Positions 1 through 9,318 of a DNA stretch of 64,000 nt are shown one piece after another (the stretch's first letter is position 1; each line of letters opens with the position of its first letter). The stretch is from Treponema sp. (GTDB lineage Bacteria > Spirochaetota > Spirochaetia > Treponematales > Treponemataceae). The notes under the pieces are model-generated. The model was not told the DNA's origin. It did not search any database and was given only the letters and a program-made list of their open reading frames with translations. The stretch lies in the NCBI GenBank assembly GCA_017940005.1, contig JAGAZO010000018.1, positions 34,030 to 98,029 of the forward strand, given 5' to 3'. The position numbers and the translations under genes were made by a program.

Positions 1-1714
1 ATTTTTGCCGCAAAGTTTCAATATCTTCAATTTTATAATTATTCGACTTAAAAAGCATTATAAAAGTACAACAGAGTTTTATGAACTCGGAAAAATATTT
101 ATTGCTTTTGCTCGCATACACCGTGTTGAAAATGTCCGTAAAATCGTGTGATTTGAATTCCACTCCGTTTGCAAGCATCAGCTCTTCCAGCTTTGTAAGC
201 AAAATTCCTTCCGAACTGTAATAGGAATAAGTTTCAATCAGTTTGGTGTTGTTCTCCTGATGAAACACCCGCTTCCACTGAATGCCGTCCAAGTATTTCT
301 TTTCCTCAACAGCAGAAAGCCACGGAACGGTAAAATCTTTTGAAACGCCGAAATGCTCCAAGTAAATGTCGTAATCGGTAAGATAAAAATCGGGGCGGTA
401 TGCCTTACGCATCGGGTCATCGCTTTCAAACGGATAGAGTTTTTCATACTCATAATTGATACCATGCATAAAAAGGAAGTTTGCGATTTTTGTTTCCTCA
501 ACGCTTTTTACCCGCTCGTTGTTCAGCGTGGTGTATGACTTTGCCCGTTCAGCCCCAGTTTCTCGGATATAGTTTTCGCGGTCATATTTTGATTTAAGCG
601 TTTCAAGGTCGGCGGTCTTTTCTTCCTCATACAATTCGCCAAGAGAGGAATAACTTTCCATGTTGTCGGGGATTTCAAGAAAGTAGGTGAAGTATTCCGT
701 CAAATCTTTTATCAAGTCAAGGTGATTCAAAAGCTCGTTCTCAAAAAAATCGTGTACGAATCGGCTCAGTTCGTTTTCATCGCACACTTTTGGGTACTTG
801 CTGTCTGCTGTTTTGATTATGTCAAGACCAAGTTTGTGAAAGGTTGTCGCTTCGGCGGAAATTCCGAGTTTATTCTGAATACGTTCCGTCATTTCCTCTG
901 CTGATTTTCTCGTGAATGAAATAAGCAGAATGTCTTTCGGATTTACCTTTTTTACTTCGTACAAATATTTGACTTTTGCGGAAATCGTGAGCGTTTTTCC
1001 GCTTCCCGCGCCCGCAAGCACCAAAATCCTATCCTCGTCTGTAATGACCGCCCGCCGTTGCTGTTCGTCCAAAGATTTTCCGTCGATATTTAAAAACAAA
1101 TCATCATATTTCATTGATTCGTTCTGAATGAAATTTTCATTTGCTGTCTCGAAATAATTATGAAGTGATTTGAAAACAGTTTTGAAGCGTTCAACTTCCG
1201 AAAATTCATCATCATTTTTGCGGACATCTGTTTTTTCCGCGTTTTGCGTAAGATAATTCCATTTTTGATTAAAACCGATTTCAAGTGAATGAGAAACATA
1301 CTGATTTGTCATTTCAAAGAGTTCGGTAAAAAATTGAGCGATTTGTTCAGAGAGAATTTTTATTTCTTCTTTTCGCTTGATTTCTGCGTTTGAGTCTGAA
1401 ATGATTTTGTGGAGATGTTTGTAGGTTTCCTTGAACTGAACAATTTCGGCCAATGCAACAGACTTTTTGGGAATGTGATATTTTGTGACTTCCGAATATA
1501 ATGCTTGCCATTTTGCGATAAAATCAGTTTCTTCAAATTCAGTAACGATGCGCGTTCTTAATGCAAAATATTCAGTGAAAAATGCTTGTATCTGTTCTTG
1601 GAAATACTGAATTTTCTGTGTGAGTTCTTGAGCCAACCATTTTTGTCGCTTTGCATGGAGAATTGCCAGAAAAATAAATATCACGACAACGGCAGGGATA
1701 AGAAAGTAAATCAT
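1..1714 (-). CDS. UvrD/HelD (helicase IV)-like SF1 helicase with N-terminal TM helix and inserted PD-(D/E)xK-like nuclease domain; 3' end runs off the window
   Basis: Manually translated open frame from ATG at 1714 to the edge: MIYFLIPAVVVIFIFLAIL (TM), LDEQQRRAV (Q motif), LAGAGSGKT (Walker A), LISFTRKSA (Ia), TFHKLG (Ib), then NYEYEKLY..YRPDFYL..IYLEHFG. Confidence 0.9.
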   Translation of the reverse strand, partial: MIYFLIPAVVVIFIFLAILHAKRQKWLAQELTQKIQYFQEQIQAFFTEYFALRTRIVTEFEETDFIAKWQALYSEVTKYHIPKKSVALAEIVQFKETYKHLHKIISDSNAEIKRKEEIKILSEQIAQFFTELFEMTNQYVSHSLEIGFNQKWNYLTQNAEKTDVRKNDDEFSEVERFKTVFKSLHNYFETANENFIQNESMKYDDLFLNIDGKSLDEQQRRAVITDEDRILVLAGAGSGKTLTISAKVKYLYEVKKVNPKDILLISFTRKSAEEMTERIQNKLGISAEATTFHKLGLDIIKTADSKYPKVCDENELSRFVHDFFENELLNHLDLIKDLTEYFTYFLEIPDNMESYSSLGELYEEEKTADLETLKSKYDRENYIRETGAERAKSYTTLNNERVKSVEETKIANFLFMHGINYEYEKLYPFESDDPMRKAYRPDFYLTDYDIYLEHFGVSKDFTVPWLSAVEEKKYLDGIQWKRVFHQENNTKLIETYSYYSSEGILLTKLEELMLANGVEFKSHDFTDIFNTVYASKSNKYFSEFIKLCCTFIMLFKSNNYKIEDIETLRQK

Positions 1715-1734
1715 AAAATCTCTAGCATTCGGGT

Positions 1735-2322
1735 TTAGAAAACGGAATCTTGTTCATCTTCAACTATATCTGCATTGTTAAAATAATAATAAAGCACAAG
1801 ATGCCCTGAACCTTCATAAAGTCCGCTATCTGCAATACATTCCAAAGCGACAATATTAAGATTGTCTGCTAATGCTGTGGTCTTTGCCCATACGGCAGAA
1901 AGTTCACGAGAACCTTCTTTTAATGTATAAAACCAATTTTCATCTTTTTGATAATATGATGATAACGAACTATCAATTTTATTATTGATTTTTGGTTTGC
2001 CATAAGTTTTTGCTATCCTGTCTTTTACATTAGTAAAAGCGTTTTGAAGTTCCGTGCCGTATTTATTTGTGGCGATAGTTGCAGACATTGCCCGAATCTG
2101 ATACAAACCAGTTTTTTCATTTACATACGCAGCATAATATTTAAAGAGTGGGTGACTTTTTATTGGCTTTATCAAATAAATACCATCCTCTAAAAATGAT
2201 GGTTCTTCCTCACACGCTTTTTCGATTTCTTCAATAGTCATTCCCATCTTCAAACCAAAGGGAGCGGCAAATGTCAAAGCGGAAATAATCCCGAAAATAA
2301 AAACAAAAAGTATTTTCTTCAT
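1735..2322 (-). CDS. Secreted hypothetical protein
   Basis: 195 aa ORF with signal peptide MKKILFVFIFGIISALTFA; ends 20 bp before the helicase start. Confidence 0.8.
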   Translation of the reverse strand: MKKILFVFIFGIISALTFAAPFGLKMGMTIEEIEKACEEEPSFLEDGIYLIKPIKSHPLFKYYAAYVNEKTGLYQIRAMSATIATNKYGTELQNAFTNVKDRIAKTYGKPKINNKIDSSLSSYYQKDENWFYTLKEGSRELSAVWAKTTALADNLNIVALECIADSGLYEGSGHLVLYYYFNNADIVEDEQDSVF

Positions 2323-2592
2323 TCAATTTTTTCCTTAATCAAATATGTTTTTATTATACCACAAAATTATTAGAATTCGTATCATCATTGCGAGCGTTCA
2401 AGAATTTTCACTATCTCACCGCTCATCAGCCCTACATCCTGATTAGTATCGCGCATGTCCTGTAGCACAAATTCCTCGTCCGCCCACCACAGCTCCGTGC
2501 GTCCCTATCCAAGCAGAATGTGAATAAAACTTAAAGAGGTGCTTGCCGTCTGTTCTTCAATGGAGTATCTTCAAAGATAAGGAATTTTACCG

Positions 2593-2649
2593 ATGAGAAA
2601 ACTGATTGCGTTTTTGCGGGGCGTAACATCGACAGGGGAAAATAGATAA
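2593..2649 (+). pseudogene. N-terminal remnant resembling DUF1697 family
   Basis: MRKLIAFLRGVTSTGENR* resembles the DUF1697 start (xxxIAxLRGxNxxGxN); stops after 18 codons. Confidence 0.4.
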
Positions 2650-2783
2650 ATTCATACAGTGCAGCTTTTCCGATTTTGATAACCTTTATCGTATCCTCAT
2701 CCATTGTTTACCCATTCTACTGCAAGACACCGCCGATTTCCATTCACCCCATCGTCAACCGCGACATTTCCACAGGCGCAGAT

Positions 2784-4031
2784 TTACAATTCCTTTTTCA
2801 AAATCCGATTCACTTTTTCGGCATCAAAGCAGTCTAAATCAATGTCGCTTTTGCCAAGCCAAGCCTTGTAGTTTTCATAGTCCTCACCTGATTTTTTTGC
2901 GAATGCCCTGCGAATGTCACTCAGCCCGCCGATTCCGCCACAATCTTCTATGATGCCAAGCCCTTCGCCAGAAAGTGCCTGCGGTTTTCTCAGCGGCGAT
3001 TGCACTTCTGCATTTTCAAGCTTCAGTTTGAATTCCCAGCCGTCGCCAAAGTCATAGAAAAAAGTACATTCGGGAATTTCTGTTGAGATACAGTTTTTGA
3101 TTTTCATGTGATATGCTTCGCATCGCTTTGGCGGAAGTTGCTTAAGATTATTCAGCATAAACATATCGTCCATAAAATCCATTTGCTCATCTACATAACT
3201 TTCAAGCTCAAGGTTGCGGACATCCTTAAGCCGCTCTTCCATCTGCTCCGCAGTGAGCCTTTGATTTTTAAGCGAGACTTCCATCAGCTTACGCACGGGA
3301 ATTTCAAAACGATACAGATGAGAATTGTCCGCATTGAACAATATCATAAGCACAAACGCCATATCCTCCATGCTTGCGCTGGGGGAAATCAAAAAACGTC
3401 GCCATATTTTCGGCGTGGAGCCTTTCAGTTCTGCATAAAACTGATACAGTGTATGCAGTTTTTTCTCAAGGCGCAACGGCTCATCAGGAACAGGCTTTTT
3501 CATTGTGTCAGAAGTTATGAATCTTTCCGGGAAAATACAGTCACCTGCCTCTGTTGCGGCGCAATTATATGGCATTTTGTTTATATGGTCATCTACAGAG
3601 AAACGAATTTCTTGCTTGTCGATGCCGCCTAAAAACCGTATTCTAAAGGGCAGCCGCTCTTTCATTCCTCTCATGCTTCCCTGCACGCTGCGACTGTTCG
3701 TCTTGGAAAATACAACGTGCTGAAAATGGGGTGCAATATGTTCCGTGAAAACCGCCGTCACATTTTTGTGATTACAGTAATCCTGCAATTCTTGATTTAC
3801 ATGTGCCAAGAATTTTTCCTGCGAAACGATTTCCTCCGCCGGAAAGATAACCGAAAAAAGCGAAAACGCATTCGTCACCAAAAAATAGTTTCTGCCGTTG
3901 GCATCGTTGAACATATCAACAAACCAGTCGCAATATCGGTTCTCTGCCTTTGCATTTTGGGAAAGCGTGATGTTGCCATATTCCGCAGCAGCTTTTGTGC
4001 ATCTAAAAACCATACGCATAGTATAGCACAT
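2784..4031 (-). CDS. Plasmid pRiA4b ORF-3 family protein with an extra N-terminal domain
   Basis: PKIWRRF, HLYRF, FFYDFGDGW, EDCGGIGG motifs; true start probably 4019 or 4013. Confidence 0.8.
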   Translation of the reverse strand: MCYTMRMVFRCTKAAAEYGNITLSQNAKAENRYCDWFVDMFNDANGRNYFLVTNAFSLFSVIFPAEEIVSQEKFLAHVNQELQDYCNHKNVTAVFTEHIAPHFQHVVFSKTNSRSVQGSMRGMKERLPFRIRFLGGIDKQEIRFSVDDHINKMPYNCAATEAGDCIFPERFITSDTMKKPVPDEPLRLEKKLHTLYQFYAELKGSTPKIWRRFLISPSASMEDMAFVLMILFNADNSHLYRFEIPVRKLMEVSLKNQRLTAEQMEERLKDVRNLELESYVDEQMDFMDDMFMLNNLKQLPPKRCEAYHMKIKNCISTEIPECTFFYDFGDGWEFKLKLENAEVQSPLRKPQALSGEGLGIIEDCGGIGGLSDIRRAFAKKSGEDYENYKAWLGKSDIDLDCFDAEKVNRILKKEL

Positions 4032-4319
4032 ACCGTGCGTTTTTGCATGGCTATTTTGAAGCTTGTCGACACCGCGCCGTTGATTTCAACGCCCTGTTGA
4101 TGAGCCGCGTTTTGCGCCCGCAGATTCTCTGCTTCCCACAAATACCTGTCTCAAAAGCGTCAGATTGGCAAACTCATTGCCATTTTTCTACTGAACTTTC
4201 CGCAACACCCCGTTGGCAAAGAACACTGCACGAGGTCGCGCGGCTGACCACCGCTGTGCACGGACGCGTGACAGCGGTGACCATTTTTTGAGGGAGCAAA
4301 CGGTGGGAAGAGCCGCCCT

Positions 4320-4500
4320 TCCAGCCTTCGCTTACGCTTATCCTCCTCGTGTGCCGTTGGCGTCGTAAGCGGCGGTCGGGCTACTCGTGAGTTCGCAAAG
4401 CGAACTCGTACACAAACGGCTTTGCTGTTTGTGCGTTCCGCTAACCGCGCTCCATTGCTCCACGATGTTCCGCAACGGCTATGCCGCTTTCCGTATCCCT
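4320..4500. repeat. GC-rich palindromic REP-like intergenic element
   Basis: Hairpins such as GAGTTCGC-AAA-GCGAACTC and CACAAACGGC..GCTGTTTGTG, at the end of the low-GC ASCH operon. Confidence 0.5.
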
Positions 4501-4517
4501 AATGTGGAGAAAAGAAT

Positions 4518-4886
4518 TTATAAATAAACAAATGACTGTGGTGCTGTTTTTAATCCATAATCTGATAAATCTCTAGGAGGCGAGAAAGTTTTGACATTCC
4601 CCAAAACATATGCATGTGCAATATCCCTATTTGAAAAATAATTAAAATATTTTTCTTTACAAATACCAGCCAATTCTTTTGTTTTATTCCAGAGATTCAC
4701 TGGCGTCTCTGAAATTACGCCTTCCACTTTAACAGCCCCTATTACTTTCATTTGTGGAAAAGTAGAATAAACAAGAATTTCATCAACATTTTTTTTCGCT
4801 ATCTGTCTACGAAATTCATATTTTTTTATTCCTTGCATTATTTTAGTTGAGTATTCTGGTTTTATCGACAATAGTATTCTACACAT
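4518..4886 (-). CDS. ASCH domain protein
   Basis: ILLSIKPEY..KKYEFRR..ILVYSTFP..VIG signature; start overlaps the upstream stop by 8 bp. Confidence 0.85.
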   Translation of the reverse strand: MCRILLSIKPEYSTKIMQGIKKYEFRRQIAKKNVDEILVYSTFPQMKVIGAVKVEGVISETPVNLWNKTKELAGICKEKYFNYFSNRDIAHAYVLGNVKTFSPPRDLSDYGLKTAPQSFVYL

Positions 4887-6411
4887 TGTTTTCTTCTATA
4901 AAAGTTATTTTTGTTTGTGAATCTCGCAAGATATTCCTAAATTGCTCATCTGATATTCTTGTAAAAGGTCTAGGACCATTTGAGGCTGGTATTATATTAC
5001 GATTCCATAAGTATTCAAGCGTTAATCGTTTAGTTAAACTCTTGACAAAAATAAAACGCAACACTAATAAATTTTTGCTATGGTTATTCCAAAAACCGTC
5101 TAATTCAGCTTTTGAGAAAACGCTTCTGTTTTGACAAGTTGCAAGAAATTCTTCTTTATTTCTAAAACCAAATCTGATGTTATCTACTATTCCAACAGTC
5201 GATAAAACCGATTCGTATTTTTTTCGACCATGATTTTCTGCCATTCGATAAAAAACAATTAAATCTCCTGGTTTAATATTTCGTTCTGGAGACCAAGAAA
5301 TATAAACTTTTTGTAGTGCATAGCGATGAGGTTCTTTTCCGAGAAAATCTATTTCATTTTCTGTATTAAGTTTCGAATCAGGCAATAAATTTGTATGATA
5401 TTTCGCATATATAGGTAAGATGAATTTTTGTCGCTTTCTAAATAGAATATTTGGGTAGTTTTGTTTAACAGATAATTGAGAATCATATACTTTCAATTTC
5501 TTTACAAAAACAACCTCCTCTTTTTCATTCGATTGTTTTATACCATACCTATAGAATCCCCATACGGTCAATAAATCTTCAAGTGCTTTTAATTCAGGCC
5601 TGTCTTCAAAAAGGGTAACATATATTTCATCAACATTTCGTTCCAATGCATTATCAAAAATTATTTTTATAAAACGCTCTCCCAAGCGAAAGCCAGAGGT
5701 TTCAATCTTAAAGGTTCCTATTTTCAATCTCTTTTTTGGTTGAAAAACAGGCTTTATGTCCGAATAATTTTCTGTTTCATTTTCAGTTTTTATGTATAAG
5801 AAACCTAGTATATCAGATTTATCGGTTCGACAAATATAAATTTCTTCATTGCTTTTCTTTGCAAACCAATTATCAAATCCAGAATAAGCAACTCTAAATG
5901 TATCAAAAAAAGAATCTTTTACATTAATATTTCCAAAATAATCTTTTTTTACGGCAAGCATTTTATAGCTTATTAAATCAGGATTTTCCGCTGTACATTT
6001 AGATATAAAATCATTGATAGACAAAACCCTTGAACGAAGCGAAAACAATTCGCTCCGTTTTCTTAAATTCTTATCTTCTGTTATTAAAATATCGACCCGA
6101 TTACAATACACTTCATAAAGTAACTGATTATCTATTTTGTCATTTTGGGATTTTTCTTCTGGCAATTTAGATTTAAAGTCATCGGATTGAGTTGCAATTG
6201 TTTGCAAGGTTATATATGCAGGAAGTTTAGCGTCGTATAATGACTGCATATTATTATCTTGAAACTTCCGCAGTTCTTGTTCAGAGTACGGATGAATGCA
6301 TTTTTCATAGTTTAACTTATCAAGCCAATAGAATAGAAGTCCAATTCCATAATTTGAAGCCGTAGTGTTTTCACAATGAATAATAATGTTTGTGTCAAGC
6401 AGAGCTTTCAT
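4879..6411 (-). CDS. PIN nuclease - GNAT acetyltransferase - ASCH/EVE(PUA-like) fusion protein
   Basis: LLDTNIII..LITEDK (PIN); GFLYIK..LKIGTFKI..GERFIKIIF..EIYVT..WGF (GNAT); KVYISW..IKPGDLIVFYR (PUA-like). Confidence 0.85.
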   Translation of the reverse strand: MKALLDTNIIIHCENTTASNYGIGLLFYWLDKLNYEKCIHPYSEQELRKFQDNNMQSLYDAKLPAYITLQTIATQSDDFKSKLPEEKSQNDKIDNQLLYEVYCNRVDILITEDKNLRKRSELFSLRSRVLSINDFISKCTAENPDLISYKMLAVKKDYFGNINVKDSFFDTFRVAYSGFDNWFAKKSNEEIYICRTDKSDILGFLYIKTENETENYSDIKPVFQPKKRLKIGTFKIETSGFRLGERFIKIIFDNALERNVDEIYVTLFEDRPELKALEDLLTVWGFYRYGIKQSNEKEEVVFVKKLKVYDSQLSVKQNYPNILFRKRQKFILPIYAKYHTNLLPDSKLNTENEIDFLGKEPHRYALQKVYISWSPERNIKPGDLIVFYRMAENHGRKKYESVLSTVGIVDNIRFGFRNKEEFLATCQNRSVFSKAELDGFWNNHSKNLLVLRFIFVKSLTKRLTLEYLWNRNIIPASNGPRPFTRISDEQFRNILRDSQTKITFIEENNV

Positions 6412-6475
6412 TGATTATTCCCACCCAAAAATCAACTATTTAATTATAATCCCACGATGATAATAAGTCAATTGT

Positions 6476-7282
6476 TTAACCTTTATTGTTATAATATAAT
6501 GGACTCAAATCATCATGTTCTTTTAGCCATTCATAGTAAGTATCGATTTCAGGTTCTCTAAGATTAATAGCAAATTCAATACCACGAATGATGACTACGA
6601 AATACACAATCGCCAGAATAACATCATCTATTTCTCCTGTCTTTATCAATAAAAAATCACATTCATAAACTTTCTGAACTTTTTTCCCCTTTAGGATTTC
6701 GGATTTTTCCATATCATATACTCTGCGTATGCTGCATGGCCAATTCGTTGGTGTACCCAAACGAGCATGGTTTCTAATCAAGTCGTAATTATCGTCATCT
6801 ATAATCTCATCAAGACTATTTGATATATCTTTTAATTTAAATGCCCAAAACTCTAAAGCCATTTTAGCTATCATACGAGAAATCGTGATACTATTTTCAA
6901 TTTTAGTTTCATTTGTAAATATAGGAATCGATAATTTGCCATTTCCATTTTTAACAATATTGTCAAAATCTTTACTAGACATTATACGGAAACAAAAAGG
7001 CTCCTTATCATCAAAAGATATTGATACTCTCTCACTATTAAAAGAAGCATCAAAAACTGCGGCTCTCCCTTTTTTATTAAGAAGAGATTCATATGCTCGC
7101 CAGAGTTTTATATTATCTATATCCATGAATGGTTTTTCTACTTTTCTAGCAAAAAAATTATTACATTTATCACAAACATATCCTAAAGGAAGAATTAATT
7201 TTTTATTCCCCATCGATTCTGGTATGATATGCTCAACACTTCTCGTATTTGACGAATCTTGCTTACAAAATAAACAACGCAT
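6476..7282 (-). CDS. HNH endonuclease (N-terminal HNH plus uncharacterised C-terminus)
   Basis: CLFC..SVEHIIPESMGN..VCDKCNNFF motif. Confidence 0.85.
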   Translation of the reverse strand: MRCLFCKQDSSNTRSVEHIIPESMGNKKLILPLGYVCDKCNNFFARKVEKPFMDIDNIKLWRAYESLLNKKGRAAVFDASFNSERVSISFDDKEPFCFRIMSSKDFDNIVKNGNGKLSIPIFTNETKIENSITISRMIAKMALEFWAFKLKDISNSLDEIIDDDNYDLIRNHARLGTPTNWPCSIRRVYDMEKSEILKGKKVQKVYECDFLLIKTGEIDDVILAIVYFVVIIRGIEFAINLREPEIDTYYEWLKEHDDLSPLYYNNKG

Positions 7283-7544
7283 AAGTTATAGAATAAACAA
7301 ATATTTGACTTTTGCCTAGTTTCGACACAGATTCCCTACAACCGTCTTTCAATAATCCCTTCAAACTGTGGGCGGCGGCGATGTTGGCAATCATCTCAAA
7401 CGATGGCAGAGTTTTTCCACATTCTATGTCGCCGATTGTGCCTGTTGCACAATCGCACGCTTCTGCCAGTTTCTCTTGCGAAAACTCTTTCTCATTTCTG
7501 TAATACTTTAAATTTTTAACAAATTCTTCTTGTAAAACAGTCAC
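7263..7544 (-). pseudogene. Truncated XRE-family HTH regulator
   Basis: GTG start, FVKNLKYYRNEKEFSQEKLAE..TIGDIECGKTLPSF; C-terminus loses similarity and runs into the HNH start. Confidence 0.6.
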
Positions 7545-7645
7545 AATTCCAATTTTATTGACCACACAGGGAAGACCCCATGTCCACAAACCTTTCCAAA
7601 TTGCGCCATACGACTGCTCTCGCAGAGCCCATCAGATCTCAACAA

Positions 7646-7951
7646 TCACATCTCCCGCAACAAATCCAGTATGACGTATTTTTGCTTTTCGTTTAGCCTG
7701 TTCCATTCGTGCAAAAGTTCTGACTGCGATTGAGTGAGCGTGACAACGTCCGCAAAATCATCAGTAAAAAATTGGGCGAGCGTAATACCAAATGCAGCAC
7801 AGATTTTTTCTACCGACGGAATAGTGGGAATCTGCTTTTTTCTGTACCACGAAGAAATAGTCGATTGCGGCACGCCTGATTTTTCTGCCAGTTGGTATTC
7901 CGTCCAATTCCGCGCTATTCGATATGCTCTTATTTTTTCCAATACATCCAT
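7646..7951 (-). CDS. XRE-family HTH transcriptional regulator
   Basis: IRAYRIARNWTEYQLAEKSGVPQSTISSW..PTIPSVEKICAAFGI. Confidence 0.9.
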   Translation of the reverse strand: MDVLEKIRAYRIARNWTEYQLAEKSGVPQSTISSWYRKKQIPTIPSVEKICAAFGITLAQFFTDDFADVVTLTQSQSELLHEWNRLNEKQKYVILDLLREM

Positions 7952-8160
7952 ACTGCTACGCTATTGCGTATATACTACTTGCTTTTAGCATTGCAAAATA
8001 ATGTTTTTTGACGTATAATATTATCGCTTAAAATAAGTAATCAACAGGATGATATAAGACTTGGGAAATTTTCCCATCTTATCATAGGGAGTTTAGCTCA
8101 AGACAAAAGTTCGTGAAGCACATATTATTTTTAGAACAACAGCAAACGGAGGTATAAGAA

Positions 8161-9160
8161 ATGAAAAAAATAATGAGCGTGGTACGAGTTCTGCTCGTAC
8201 TTGCCCTTGCGCTCGCAGCGGTTGCCGCGTGCAAGCACCCGAACAACAGTGACGACGACAAGGACACACCGAGCGGACCGACGGCGCCCACTATTCCAGA
8301 GACAGTTCCGACCGCAACACGAATAAAAGACGGCGAAGGCAACGACACCGAGTGGGTACAGCTTTCAAGCGGCACCTTTCAGATGGGAAGCACCAGTACG
8401 AATGCACAAGACAACGAAAAACCAGTCCATGCCGTCGGTTTAAGTTCATTTTTAATCTGTGATCACGAGGTAACGCAAAAAGAATATGAAACGTATTGCA
8501 GTTACAGCTCATTACCTATTCCATCTACCAAGAAGGGTAAAGGCGATACGTTTCCAGCGTATTTTGTGAGCTGGTATGACGCAATCGTCTATTGCAATCT
8601 GCGGAGTACAGCAGAAGGGCTTGAGCCATGAAACCGATGTCACCAAGTGGGCTGACATACAAGAAACCAGTGGAAAATACTGCGGCCCTGCAAGTAGTAA
8701 CGCTACATGGGATGGCATAACGCCCAACTGGGACGCAAACGGCTACCGTTTGCCCACAGAAGCGGAGTGGGAATGCGCTGCGCGCGGTGGAGAAACCGAC
8801 ACGGATACGGACGTGTGGGCAGGCACCACCGACAGTACAAAGCTCGGCGACTACGCCTGGTACAAGGACAACAGCAGCGAAAAAGCGCACGAAGTGATGA
8901 AACTAAAGCCGAACGGCTACGGATTATACGACATGAGCGGGAACGTGTGCGAATGGTGCTGGGACCGGTACGGTGACTACACGGCGGCTGCGGAGGCAAA
9001 CCCGACCGGCGCTGCGGGTGGTTCGGGCCACGTCTTCCGCGGCGGCGGCAGGGCCATCTCTGAGGCCGCCGCCGCGCGTGCGTCGTGTCGGGAGAAGATA
9101 ACTCCCGAGAGCAGATACGCCTTCATTGGCTTTCGCCTTGCTCGCTCCTGTTCTAATTAA
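8161..9160 (+). pseudogene. Frameshifted lipoprotein with formylglycine-generating enzyme (FGE/SUMF1, CLec-fold) domain
   Basis: Lipobox AVAAC; GTFQMGS..EKPVH..HEVTQ..VSWYDAIVYCN in 8161-8631; YRLPTEAEWE..YGLYDMSGNVCEWCWD..GFRLARS in 8576-9160; frame break at about 8630. Confidence 0.85.
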
Positions 9161-9318
9161 ACACGGCGCGTCAGTCAGCGGAAGAAACCCGTGAACAAGA
9201 TGAAGAATCAGGAGGAAGATTCTCTTGCCCAACCTATGAGTGAAGTGAAAAATCAGCTTAAAAGCGCATTCGGTCAAGCATGTGGCGGAATGTTCGGGAA
9301 GAAATGAGGAGGAAAATT

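Noticed and set aside
238-1299. Short ORFs listed in the first 1.3 kb
   Set aside because: All lie inside the long helicase frame that the track missed
961-7315. Exact 19-bp repeat ACAAATATTTGACTTTTGC at 961-979 and 7297-7315
   Set aside because: One copy is inside conserved helicase coding sequence, the sequence is AT-rich, and there is no integrase or tRNA. It is likely chance, although an att-like role cannot be excluded
9191-9307. 38-codon ORF or possible DGR template region after the FGE gene
   Set aside because: Not a copy of the variable region, no family recognised, and no RT nearby
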